Source: Octopus sinensis
Lineage: Eukaryota
Length of the DNA: 17,968 nucleotides
NCBI RefSeq assembly: GCF_006345805.1
Contig: NW_021824588.1
Location: 1 to 17,968 of the forward strand
Reading direction: 5' to 3'
The translations under genes and the position numbers were made by a program. The number at the start of each line of letters is the position of its first letter. Positions within the stretch are counted from its first letter, which is position 1. The notes under the pieces were generated by a model, which worked only from the letters and a program-made list of their open reading frames with translations, did no database searches and was not told where the DNA came from. Below are positions 1 to 9,633 of this stretch, piece after piece.

Positions 1-43
1 ATGATGGTTATGGTGATGATAGTAGAGGACGATAATGTTGAAC

Positions 44-611
44 TTTCTCTCTCTCCTTCATAATCTCTCTCTCCTTCATAATCTCTCTCTCTCCATCGGT
101 CTCTCTCCATCTCTCTCAATTTCTCTCTCTCTCTTTCTCTCTCTCCTTCATAATCTCTCTCTCCATCTTTCTCAGTTTCTCCCTGTCTCTTTCTCTCCTT
201 CTCTCTCTAACTCTTCTCTCTGTTGACATGCTGCGAATCGAATTAATATCTTATTCCTCTCCCATACTCTCTTTCTCTCCTTCTTTCTTTTCTTTTTTAT
301 CATTCTCTCTCTTCCTCTTTATCGTTCTCTCTCTTCGTCTCTCTCTCTCTTTCTGCCCTCTCCCTCTCCCTCTCTTCCCCTTTCCTTCTCTCTCTCTTTC
401 AACCTTTCTTCGCTCCTTGTTATTCTGCCTGTCTGCCTGTCTGCCTCTTCTTGTCTTCTCTGCCTGGCTTGCCTACCTACATACCTACCTACCTACCTAT
501 CTACCTCTCTCTCTCTCTCTCTATCTACCTACCTATCTATCTACCTATCTCTCTCTCTCTATCTATCTATCTATCTACCTACCTATCTCTCTCTTTCTCT
601 CTATCTATCTA

Positions 612-677
<66 letters not shown>

Positions 678-870
678 ATTCATTCAATTAACCAATCAGT
701 TAATCAATCATTATCATTACTATATGTGTATCTACCTGTCTGTCTATCTGCCTGCCTGCCTGCCTGTCTGTCTTTCTGTCTATCTATCTGCCTGCTTGTC
801 TGTTCCCCCTCTCTATCCTCCTTCTTTGTACCCCACTCTCTCTCTCTCTACCCCTCCCCCTCTCTCTCTT
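44..870. repeat. Compound pyrimidine-rich microsatellite: (CT)n with an 18-nt TCTCTCTCTCCTTCATAA unit, then (CTAC)n, (CTAT)n, (CTGT)n
   Basis: Directly visible tandem di- and tetranucleotide runs. They account for the L/S-rich ORFs 35..226, 228..911 and 451..963. Confidence 0.97.
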
Positions 871-959
871 TATCCGTTCACATGCCGAGAAAAAGAGTTA
901 ATTTATCGTGAAACACTCCAGTTCAAGGAGGCAAGTAGCGATCGTCTGCGTCGCCATCT

Positions 960-960
960 A

Positions 961-991
<31 letters not shown>

Positions 992-999
992 AGAAATAG

Positions 1000-1030
<31 letters not shown>

Positions 1031-1083
1031 AGGAAAGAAAGAAAGAAAGGGAGAAATGAAGGAAGGAAGGAAGGAAGAAAGAA
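960..1083. repeat. (TAAA)n followed by (GAAA)n/(GGAA)n microsatellite
   Basis: Directly visible tetranucleotide runs. Confidence 0.97.
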
Positions 1084-1283
1084 AAAAACAAAAAGGACAA
1101 AAACAAACAAATCTCCGATTATATCTGTGAGTTATGGGAAGGAGTAAAAACATAATTAATAGTTTTGTAGCCAGCCTAATGACCTTGTAATTAAGTGGTA
1201 ACGACAGATTCGTCGAACTAGCGCGAGAGCATCTCTGTGTAACTGTGAACCGCGCTAAAAGCGTCTCTCCTCTCTTAAGAACA

Positions 1284-1445
1284 ATGGGACGTGGAAAAGG
1301 CCTTAGCAACGAAACGTCTGTCATCATCAAGGAAAGTGCTAAAGGCTCCTCTCTGCATGTCATTTCGGAGAAGTTAAGTCATCATGTGGACATAGACGAT
1401 AGCTAAAAGTTAGCTAAAAACCTGCACCCTCATGGAAGTACTGAC
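1284..1445 (+). pseudogene. 5' remnant of a Tc1-like (IS630-Tc1-mariner) transposase, N-terminal HTH region only
   Basis: ATG at 1284 reads MGRGKGLSNETSVIIKESAKGSSLHVISEKLSHHVDIDDS* (stop 1404-1406). This fits the MGRGK..L....I......G.S...I...L.R N-terminal pattern of Tc1-family transposases. The frame then breaks and no DDE domain or second TIR is seen. Confidence 0.65.
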
Positions 1446-1608
1446 TAACATCCATATACTCCGGAAAAAGATGAGTTGTGAACATTATTCTCCTGCCTGT
1501 ATTCTTCTAACTACTTCTACTCTTTATTCTTCTATTTTATTCCTTATAAACTGTGAATTTTATTCCTTGTAAACTATAAACTGTCCCCGTCTAAAATATT
1601 CATACTTT

Positions 1609-1684
1609 GTCTCTGATGATGGAATACTCAGTGCACGGACATGCTAACCAACCACTTGGGTTATCCCAGAAACGGCCGTAAGAC
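1609..1684 (+). ncRNA. Type I hammerhead ribozyme motif (HHR-A), Penelope/retrozyme-like
   Basis: Helix I GTCT(1609-12)/AGAC(1681-84). Core CTGATGA 1613-19. Helix II TGGAATA(1620-26)/TATCCCA(1662-68) with one mismatch, extendable by CTCAGTG/CACTTGGG. GAAA 1669-72. Helix III within the perfect palindrome ACGGCCGT (1672-79). GUA triplet, predicted cut after 1680. Confidence 0.8.
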
Positions 1685-1770
1685 TTTAAATTCACCTTAC
1701 CCTAATCAAATTATTATGAATGACTTGAAATACCCGTTCTGCCTTGGTTTCGACTTTTCCTCTAATATAA

Positions 1771-2128
1771 TCTCTCTCTATATAAAGCTGAAGTTGTCTG
1801 TGTATGGCAGGTTTGGTAGCCTTCAACTAACACTATCTCCTGCGAGACCCTGCGACACCAGTTGACCAAAATTGAGAGTATGATAGAAGAAGGATTGCTC
1901 TTCCTTTTGTAGAAGAAAATATTCAAATCGGACCATGTTAAGACCAAAAATTATTTACATCAAAAAGGTGCTTTTTTTTCTATGAAAATCCCTATTTTAA
2001 ACGATTTTTTGACTGCTGTGTCGCTATTTTTCGGTGTATTTCAACCAGAAAAATGTTCACTTTACTTTTCAAAAATTCCAATTCTAAAGGGTCGAAACAA
2101 CCCGAGCAACGCTAGGCGATACTGCTAG
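1771..2128 (+). mobile_element. Non-autonomous Helitron-like element, copy 1 (358 bp)
   Basis: Starts TC after A (A|TCTCTCTCTATATAAA) and ends CTAG before T. It has a GC-rich subterminal hairpin region CCCGAGCAACGCTAGG just upstream of GATACTGCTAG. No TSD. Both termini recur at 8152-8546. Confidence 0.75.
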
Positions 2129-2378
2129 TATAATATAATATAATATAATATAATATAATATAATATTATATATATATATATATAATATATATACATATAC
2201 ATATATATATATTATATACATTATATATATATATTATATAACATATATATATTATATATACATATATATCATATATATATATATACATATATATTATATT
2301 ATTATATACATATATATATATAGATATATATATATATATATATACATATATTATATATATATATTATACTACTATATA

Positions 2379-2466
<88 letters not shown>

Positions 2467-2485
2467 CATAATAATATATATATAC

Positions 2486-2533
<48 letters not shown>

Positions 2534-2614
2534 TATATATAATATACATATATATATATATATATATACATATATATAATATAATATATATCATATATAT
2601 ATATATATATCAAT

Positions 2615-2652
<38 letters not shown>

Positions 2653-2661
2653 CTATATATA

Positions 2662-2724
<63 letters not shown>

Positions 2725-2890
2725 ATATACATCATATATATAATATATATATATACATACTATATTATATATACATACATATAATATATATATTATATAT
2801 ACATACATACTATATATAATATATATATATACATACATATATATATATAATATATATACATATATATATATATAATTATATATATATACC

Positions 2891-2927
<37 letters not shown>

Positions 2928-2951
2928 CTATATATATATATATATATAACA

Positions 2952-2987
<36 letters not shown>

Positions 2988-3058
2988 CTATATATATAAT
3001 ATACATATATATATATATTATACATATATATATAATATATATACATTAATATATATAC

Positions 3059-3109
<51 letters not shown>

Positions 3110-3128
3110 TATATATATATATAGATAT

Positions 3129-3162
<34 letters not shown>

Positions 3163-3238
3163 ATTATAATATAATATATATATATATATATATAATATAT
3201 ATAGATATTTATATATATATATATATATATATTATATA
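2129..3238. repeat. (TAA)n then about 1.05 kb degenerate (TA)n/(TACA) microsatellite
   Basis: Directly visible. It accounts for the Y/I-rich minus-strand ORFs. Confidence 0.98.
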
Positions 3239-3469
3239 TTGTAAGTCGTGAGTTCAATTCCCGGCGATGCGTTGTGTTCTTGAGCAAGACACTTTAATTC
3301 ACGTTGCTCCAGTTCATTCAGCTGGCAAAAATGACTTGTACCTGTAATTCAAAGGGCCAGCTTTGTCACGTCCTGTGTCACGCTGAATCTCTCTGAGAAC
3401 TAGGTTAAGGGTACACGCGTCTGTGGAATGCTCAGCCACATGCATTCTAATTTCACGAGCAACTGGAAC
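3239..3469 (+). mobile_element. 5'-truncated tRNA-derived SINE (B box, CORE-like segment, body shared with 8734-9127)
   Basis: B-box-like GTGAGTTCAATTCCC, then TTGAGCAAGACACTTT. The 3' body TGTACCTGTAATTCAAAGGGCCAGC...AATTTCACGAGCA aligns by eye with 8931-9057. Confidence 0.8.
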
Positions 3470-3484
3470 ACACACACACCCATA

Positions 3485-3515
<31 letters not shown>

Positions 3516-3530
3516 TTCATTCCTTATCGG

Positions 3531-3615
3531 CTACCTCTGATGAGTGAAGTGTTATATAATCGGATTGTTACCTAACACACTGTTGTACCCCTAGCGCGAA
3601 ACTGATTGGTAAGAT
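3531..3615 (+). ncRNA. Degenerate type I hammerhead motif (HHR-B)
   Basis: CTGATGA 3537-43. Helix II base GTG(3544-46)/CGC(3595-97), with inner GTGTTA/TAACAC. GAAA 3598-3601. Quasi-palindromic ACTGATTGGT (3601-10). GUA triplet. Helix I ACCT/AGAT with one mismatch. The stems are weak. Confidence 0.45.
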
Positions 3616-4539
3616 CAGACGTGATGGATATATGATACTGTACACTTCGGATAATATGTGTGTATGTGTGTGTGTGTATGTGTGTCTATGTCTGTGAGTG
3701 TATGTATGATGTTTCATTGTCTAGGGGATACAACTACTAACTTTCTTTTCTTATTAATTACTTCAAAAAGGCGGAATGCTACTAATAACTTGAATAGTCT
3801 AAGCTTGTGTTTATTTAGAAATTAATAGCTTATTGAAATAAAGTTTAGGATAAGGCTATAATTTCTTATTTCTATCTTTTGCAACAATTTCAAAACGCAG
3901 CATTAAAAATAGACGATCTCTGGCGATTTTTTATCTTGTATTTCAGACACACATACAGACAGACACACACACACATACACACACTATTTATTATTTTTTA
4001 AAAACAAGTTATTCATATATGTTTTAAGGGTATTAAAGTACATAATTTCAGCTATTTTTATGTCTAATTAAACCAATCTAATTTAAAACGTGTCGGAATG
4101 TTTTGAATGTGAAACGTATTAGAAAAGAAAATGTTTTCGTCGTAAAGAATTAGAAAACATAATATCATGCTACCGGTATTGCTAGCGGAGATTTGAAACA
4201 ATTTAATTGATAAGAGAAGTCTTTACTTAAAGATTCTAATTTAGACTGGAATCTGTCTGTCTGTGTTATTATCCGGAATTAAATACAAAATTATAAACTT
4301 ACGTCTTATCAATAGTTACTAGCAGGACACGTGGAAATGCCACATCTTATAATTTAAAAAAAAATTTCTATTTTGATGCATAACTTTTATAGATCTTCAT
4401 TAATATAGTTTCATTAAGTTAAAAATTTTGATTATGTCTCCGATTGTGTTCCATAGATAAGGATGTTAAAAACGTAACACTCCAAATTGCTTCGCTATAT
4501 TAAATATTTCTGCTATGTCCTAGATTTTCTTCCATAGTT

Positions 4540-5060
4540 TTAAATGCGTCATTAAAGGCAACATTCGAACACTCGTTGTAATTGTGCAAGATTATCTTAG
4601 ACTGTTGTATTTAGGAATGGCCATTTTGCCAGTTTAGCCAATAAAAACACACGCACTATATATATGGTGTTACTTTGCTTCGGCGTTATTTATTTTTTAC
4701 ATTAATCTTGATCTTATTTCGGCCAGAATTCTTTCGTCACACTCCTGTGACCTCATCAGTGGTCCTTTGCTTTCTACTTTCTTATTTGTGTGTCTCTCCT
4801 TACTAACGGTCAGTCATTTTGTATTCTTATTGTATATGTCTTCATTTGCGCATGCGTATACCTCTATGTGTGTCTATGTTTAGTTAGTGTGTGTGTGTGT
4901 GTGTGAGGGGTGAAGTGCCTGTAATATTTGTATCTCCTGTTTATATACGTTCGTGTAATTTGTTTTTATCTTGGACTGTTTTTCTAAAAAATATTTTAAG
5001 ATAATTGTACAGAACAGAAAAACGATTAATAAGAAAAATGTTTTTGTTATTGGAATTACT
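4540..5060 (-). mobile_element. Probable Penelope-like element terminal-repeat fragment hosting HHR-C
   Basis: Inference only. It carries a minimal hammerhead in a low-complexity, non-coding context. No recognisable RT or GIY-YIG frame could be read and the boundaries are approximate. Confidence 0.35.
4721..4765 (-). ncRNA. Type I hammerhead ribozyme motif (HHR-C)
   Basis: Minus strand reads GGACCA-CTGATGA-G-GTCAC-AGGAGT-GTGAC-GAAA-GAAT-TC-TGGCC. All core nucleotides are present, helix II is a perfect 5 bp, helix I is CCA/TGG plus one further pair after a mismatch, and the triplet is UUC. Helix III is marginal. Confidence 0.75.
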
Positions 5061-5377
5061 ACTTCTAAACTACGGGGAAGATTATACCAATATATTTTCC
5101 TAAATCTGCTTCAAGTGTTCCTAACTCAATTAGAAAGTGGAAACGAGAATACTTTATCTTTAAACCTCGCTTATTACGGAGGCCTCACAGTAAAACTATG
5201 AAGTCATAACAAATGTGCTCATTAGCAGACATACGGGAGAATATTTGTAATAGGTTCTTAACCGAGTATCAGGTGATGTTTCTAAAGTGATTATATAATT
5301 TAACGTCTCATTTGGCTTCATGTGCGGGGAAAAAACAAAACGCATTAAACAGATTGTGTTAGATTGCGAAAAATCAG

Positions 5378-5680
5378 CTGTGTTAGAATTGGCCTCTGAA
5401 GTAATACATAAACACGAGTATTTTAGAAATAAATGAAGAATTAAAAAAATAATAAACGAGCTGTTGTGAATTACAATTGGTATGAGTTAATAGGCCGCCG
5501 TCTCGGAACAACCCACTCTGAATGTTAAACAACCTTTCTGTTGGTTTATGTAACAAGTACAGTCCAATTAGAACAGTAACATCAGCCGAACCACAAACTA
5601 TAATTCTCTTATCAAAAGGCGTTTCACGCTTGTCTGTGTCATAATTAGCCTCTGAAGTAATAGATAAACCGGATATTTAC
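5378..5680 (+). repeat. About 46-bp imperfect direct repeat at 256-bp spacing (5378-5424 and 5634-5680)
   Basis: CTGTGTTAGAATTGGCCTCTGAAGTAATACATAAAC versus CTGTGTCATAATTAGCCTCTGAAGTAATAGATAAAC. Confidence 0.8.
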
Positions 5681-6450
5681 CTTTTGACCGACAGATTTAG
5701 AAAATAAATTTTTGTAACTAAACACTTTCAAACTTCGTATACTGGTAGAATGTGTCATATAAAACATTTAGCATTTTTGAGAAAAGCTTATATTTACGAA
5801 GTAATTTCACCTTCAAGTTGTCGTATTTCGGTAATTTCAACCAATCAATGATGTGTATTCAGCTGAATAAAATTACTGCTGTTGTTTGTCTACCACGACT
5901 TCCGGCTGCACTATTTTTTTTTCTTTCCGGGTAATATTGTAAACATTAACCAAATTTTGAGTAACAAAAATTAAATATCACAAGGGTACATCTAGATTTT
6001 TAGAAATGATTCGGTGGGGCATGGCCAAAAATTTGCTGTTTATGAGGCGAGATATATGAGGGGGCGGGGGTACCCAAATGAAACCGGAATTTTGCAATAT
6101 TATTTTATTCGCTTAGTTTTACGTGTTTACACTTTGACCACCTTCAAAGTAGTCTCTAGTTGAAGCAATGCATCGGTCCGGACGCGTTTTCCGCTGTTCG
6201 AAGCAGTCCTGGAACTCTTGCGAACTGATGCCTTTTAACGCCGCCGTCGTTATTTTTTTTTCGCTTCTACATGTGCAAAACGTTTTCCTTTAAGGACTTT
6301 TTACATTCGGAGTAACAAAAATAAAAAAAAAAAAGCAGAGGGAGCAAGATAAACTTCCAACTGTTCTTTCAGTTCACAGCATGCATTCAGTCGTGACTGC
6401 TTTTGATCTTCCGTGAGCAAGTACAAATTTTGATCTTCCGTGAGCAAGTA

Positions 6451-6636
6451 TGTGTTACGACCTAATGTTTTCTTTTTGTTGTTGTTTTCCGCAATGCATT
6501 GCGTTTGCTCCTTGCTGTAAATATATATGGTGACCCCGCAGGATGGTATCGGCCAATTGTACGGCAAATGTAGCAAGAAGCTCCATGAAATGTATACAAC
6601 CTTCTCATTGCTTTTCATATACATTTGCAAGTCAAA
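6451..6636 (-). mobile_element. Unclassified 186-bp interspersed element inserted in the mariner, with 11-bp TSD
   Basis: GTGAGCAAGTA flanks both sides (6440-50 and 6637-47). A second copy in the opposite orientation lies at 8599-8733 plus 9142-9198. Confidence 0.8.
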
Positions 6637-6927
6637 GTGAGCAAGTACAATTTTTGCTGCAACTCTTCTTCTTCAGAATTCTTCGCTCAAAATCCGTTTG
6701 CAGGAGCTCCAGGACACACCAGTCATATCAACAAGTTCGTCAATTGTTTGGCGACGGTCCTCCAAGATGAGTTTATGAATTTTCGTGATGTTTTCATTCG
6801 TTCGTGGGGGGTCGAAGGACGTCTTGAACGACGTTGGTCTTCAAGCGACAAGTGATCATTCGTAAAGCGTGAAAACTACTTGTAAACTTATGTTTTGCTT
6901 ATGGTGGCGTCCTTGTAAGCTGTTTAA

Positions 6928-7141
6928 CCCTTTTAATACCAACCCGGCCGAAACCGGCTCTGGCTCTGTAGTACAAATGTCTTGTTTTCATAAGTATCAA
7001 ATTAAAATCTTCCACCAAACCTTAATCACAATTTATGTTCCTAACACTAGCTGAATGATAACTAAGTTATTTTATTAAATTCTTTGTTACATTTAAAATT
7101 AATTGAAAGAAACACAGAGCATAAATACAGTAATGAAAGGA
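6928..7141. mobile_element. piggyBac-type MITE (214 bp) in a duplicated TTAA
   Basis: TTAA at 6924-27 and 7142-45. Ends are CCCTTTTAATAC and GTAATGAAAGGA (imperfect TIR). Removing it restores the mariner VML-TAYKD junction. Confidence 0.85.
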
Positions 7142-8151
7142 TTAAAGCATGACAACTGTTTCGGCCGCCGTTTTCCCCCCAGCAAAAACGGAATTTCACG
7201 GAAGCATACAGTTCCAATGTTTCAGCCATCGCAAAAAACCAACGAACAGGGGAAGAAGCACTGCAAAACAAAGATGTACTACGTGGCAATACGACTTCAC
7301 GCGACGACGCCGGTCGGCAGAATGATACCTAAGTGATGCATCAAGTGACTTCTAGCGGCGGAAGCCTGAACTACAACGGGTTTGTGCCGCAGCAAACGTT
7401 TCCGGTTACTTTTGGGTACCTCCTCGTATGTGCAATAAAATGGAGTAACTATGGATTTTCAATCAAAAACTAACGTTTACGACGTACTACATAGTCACAA
7501 GTGAAAACTGAAGTCATATCAAGCGATGGATATGCGATATAATCCAGATGTATTGACGATATGCAGAGTGTAATGAATACATTGGAAGACGTTCGGAGAT
7601 CAGAGAAATGAGAAAAATGACAAAAAAAACCCCAGAATAATACAAAAGCAAAAATAATACATACAGCAAAACAACTCTTTTCGAAAAATTTAATATTCAC
7701 AGCAGACTAAATATATCTCCAAGTGATGCAGTAACTCCATTTCTAGACATAAACATTGTAATGAAAAATTTAACAGATATATCATATTCGTTTATAGTAA
7801 CGATAGTAGCAAATGCATAAACTTATATGGAGATTGTGAAAGTACAGACATTTATGAAGTGTCAGTGCTGAAATCACAACTTGGAAGAGCATTACACAGA
7901 GAAATCAATAGCATGTAGACAAAGTAATAAAACAATACGGATGCAAATACAATAGACACTATATCTATTAAAAACTACACATAAGCTCTATTACGTAAAT
8001 GAAATGAGTACTAACTATAAAATAGATGAACGCATTATTAAAAACGTCGTAAAGCGGAACAGAAATTAAAGCACAAAATGTAGTACACTCAATTATGATC
8101 TAGCATCAGTAATAAACTACAAAAGCTTAAAATTGAAAATCTCCGTAATAA

Positions 8152-8546
8152 TCTCTCTCTATATAAACGGCAGTTTGTCTGTCTGTGTGTCTGTGTGTCT
8201 GTGTGTCTGTTAGGTTGTACCCTCACCCTGACCACGGCTTTCAACCGATTCTGATGAAACTTGACGCACACATAGCCCAATGTCATAATTCAAAACTAAC
8301 GCAGCGAAAATTTTGAAAAGTTCCCCCAGTTCTGAAAAAACATCGATAAATTCGACATGGGGTCGAGAATCAGAAACACAAACCACAGACTGTCTAGGGG
8401 ACGCAACTCGATCTTTTTAACTAAAAAAAAAAATTTGCCATCGTTTTTTTTTCCCATTTTTTTGTTATTTTTTGGCTATAACTCTCTAAAAATGCTTTAT
8501 AGTTATTTCCCTTACAAACCCGAGCAACGCCGGTTGATACTGCTAG
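8152..8546 (+). mobile_element. Non-autonomous Helitron-like element, copy 2 (395 bp)
   Basis: A|TCTCTCTCTATATAAA start, internal (GTCT/GT)n, and CCCGAGCAACGCCGGTTGATACTGCTAG|T end. The termini match 1771-2128. Confidence 0.75.
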
Positions 8547-8598
8547 TAATAATATCAAATCGCAAGCTCGAAAGCCGGTGAACGTTATTAAAGAACAA

Positions 8599-9198
8599 TT
8601 TGACTTGCAAATGTGTATGAAAAGCAATGAGAAGATTGTATAAATTTCGTGGACCTTCTTCTTACATTTGCCGTACAATTGGCCGACACCATCCTGCAGG
8701 GTCACTATATATATATATATTTACAGCAAGGAGTGGAGGCGCAATGACCCAGTGGTTAGGGCAGCGGACTCGCGGTCATAGGATCGCGGTTTCGATTCCC
8801 AGACCGGGCGTTGTGAGTGTTTATTGAGCGAAAACACCTAAAGCTCCACGAGGCTCCGGCAGGGGATGGTGGTGATCCCTGCTGTACTCTTTCACCACAA
8901 CTTTCTCTCACTCTTACTTCCTGTTTCTGTTGTACCTGTATTTCAAAGGGCCGGCCTTGTCACTCTCTCTGTGTCACGCTGAATATCCCCGAGAACTACG
9001 TTAAGGGTGCACGTGTCTGTGGAGTGCTCAGCCACTTACACGTTAATTTCACGAGCAGGCTGTTCCGTTGATTCGGATCAACCGGAACCCTCGTCGTCGT
9101 AACCGACGGAGTGCTTCCTTCCTTCTGTTTACAGCAAGGAGCAAACGCAAGGCATTGCGTAAAACAACAACAAAAAGAAAACATTAGGTAGTAACACA
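8599..9198 (+). mobile_element. Second copy of the 186-bp element, split by a SINE
   Basis: TTTGACTTGCAAATG...TTTACAGCAAGGAG (8599-8733) and CAAACGCAA...TAGGTAGTAACACA (9142-9198) are colinear with the reverse complement of 6451-6636. Confidence 0.85.
8734..9127 (+). mobile_element. Full-length tRNA-derived SINE (394 bp) with 14-bp TSD
   Basis: A box TGACCCAGTGGT (8745-56) and B box GGTTTCGATTCCC (8788-8800). TSD TTTACAGCAAGGAG at 8720-33 and 9128-41. Short (CTTC) tail. Confidence 0.92.
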
Positions 9199-9219
9199 TA
9201 CATAGGTACAGGTGTGTCT

Positions 9220-9331
9220 GTGTAGTTAAGAAATTTGCTTTGCGACCATTTGGAATGGGTTCAGTCTTACTGCGCAGGACCTTGGACGAGAGTCTTCTAC
9301 TATAGCTCCGTACTGACCAATACTTTGTGAG
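9220..9331 (+). mobile_element. Old 5' fragment of the SINE family seen at 12447
   Basis: GGGTTCAGTCTTACTGCGCAGGACCTTGGACGAGAGTCTTCTACTATAGC aligns by eye with 12499-12549. Confidence 0.7.
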
Positions 9332-9334
9332 GTT

Positions 9335-9495
9335 TACAATCGTGAAGTTATGAGTTTGATTCTCGGATCGGGTTGTGCGTTATTTTCTTGATCAAGACAC
9401 TTTATTTCACGATGCTCGAGTTCACTCATCTGTAGAAATGAGATGCGACATCACTGGTGCCAAGCTGTATCGTCTGCTTTACCTTTCCCTCGGAT
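9335..9495 (+). mobile_element. Degenerate tRNA/CORE-like SINE fragment
   Basis: Decayed B box ATGAGTTTGATTCTC and TTGATCAAGACACTTTATTTCACG, similar to 3249-3303. Confidence 0.6.
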
Positions 9496-9633
9496 TACAT
9501 GGTTCCTATTACTTTTTATTTTTTATTTTCACACACGTATTACACTCTAATACGTTCTTAACAGATCACACCTCAACTATATATAATATATATATATATA
9601 TTATATATATATATATATATATAATATATATAT

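Larger units (their letters stand above)
6119..7229 (-). pseudogene. Mariner transposase pseudogene (frameshifts, stops, catalytic domain deleted)
   Basis: Fragments read in order: MAETLELYASVKF..GKTAAETVVML; TAYKDATISKT*VYK*FSRF..LSLEDQ.RS.RPS; NENITKIHKLILEDRRQTIDELVDMTGVSWSSCKRILSEE; LLTEDQKQSRLNACCELKEQLEV joined directly to YLAPSAFF (remnant of the YSPDLAP motif); TTAALKGISSQEFQDCFEQRKTRPDRCIASTRDYFEG* (typical mariner C-terminus). Confidence 0.9.
6057..7426 (-). mobile_element. Decayed mariner-family DNA transposon with both TIRs, TA target duplication and nested insertions
   Basis: Left end TA|TGAG...GGGGTACCCAAATGAAACCGGAA. The right end reverse-complements to TA|CGAGGAGGTACCCAAAAGTAACCGGAA. 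TA flanks lie at 6055-56 and 7427-28, with transposase remnants between them. Confidence 0.9.

Noticed and set aside
228-1363. ORFs of 227, 170 and 146 aa at the window start
   Set aside because: Microsatellite read-through. The 146-aa minus ORF is antisense to the Tc1 stub.
4316-4395. Minus-strand GTGG/CCAC hairpin followed by CTAG|T, like a Helitron 3' end
   Set aside because: No convincing matching 5' end or second copy, and the hairpin is only 4 bp.
6401-6647. Spaced short direct repeats suggesting a CRISPR-like array
   Set aside because: Explained by a 27-bp tandem duplication plus an 11-bp TSD in a eukaryotic transposon. There is no regular repeat-spacer series.
6665-6680. Minus-strand CTGAAGA
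   Set aside because: Part of the mariner coding remnant, with no helices.
8250-8320. CTGATGA at about 8252 followed by GAAA downstream
   Set aside because: No helix II or helix I pairing and no NUH in register. It is internal sequence of the Helitron-like element.
8734-8810. tRNA-like sequences with A and B boxes (also 12447-12520)
   Set aside because: These are SINE heads continuous with SINE bodies, not cloverleaf tRNA genes.
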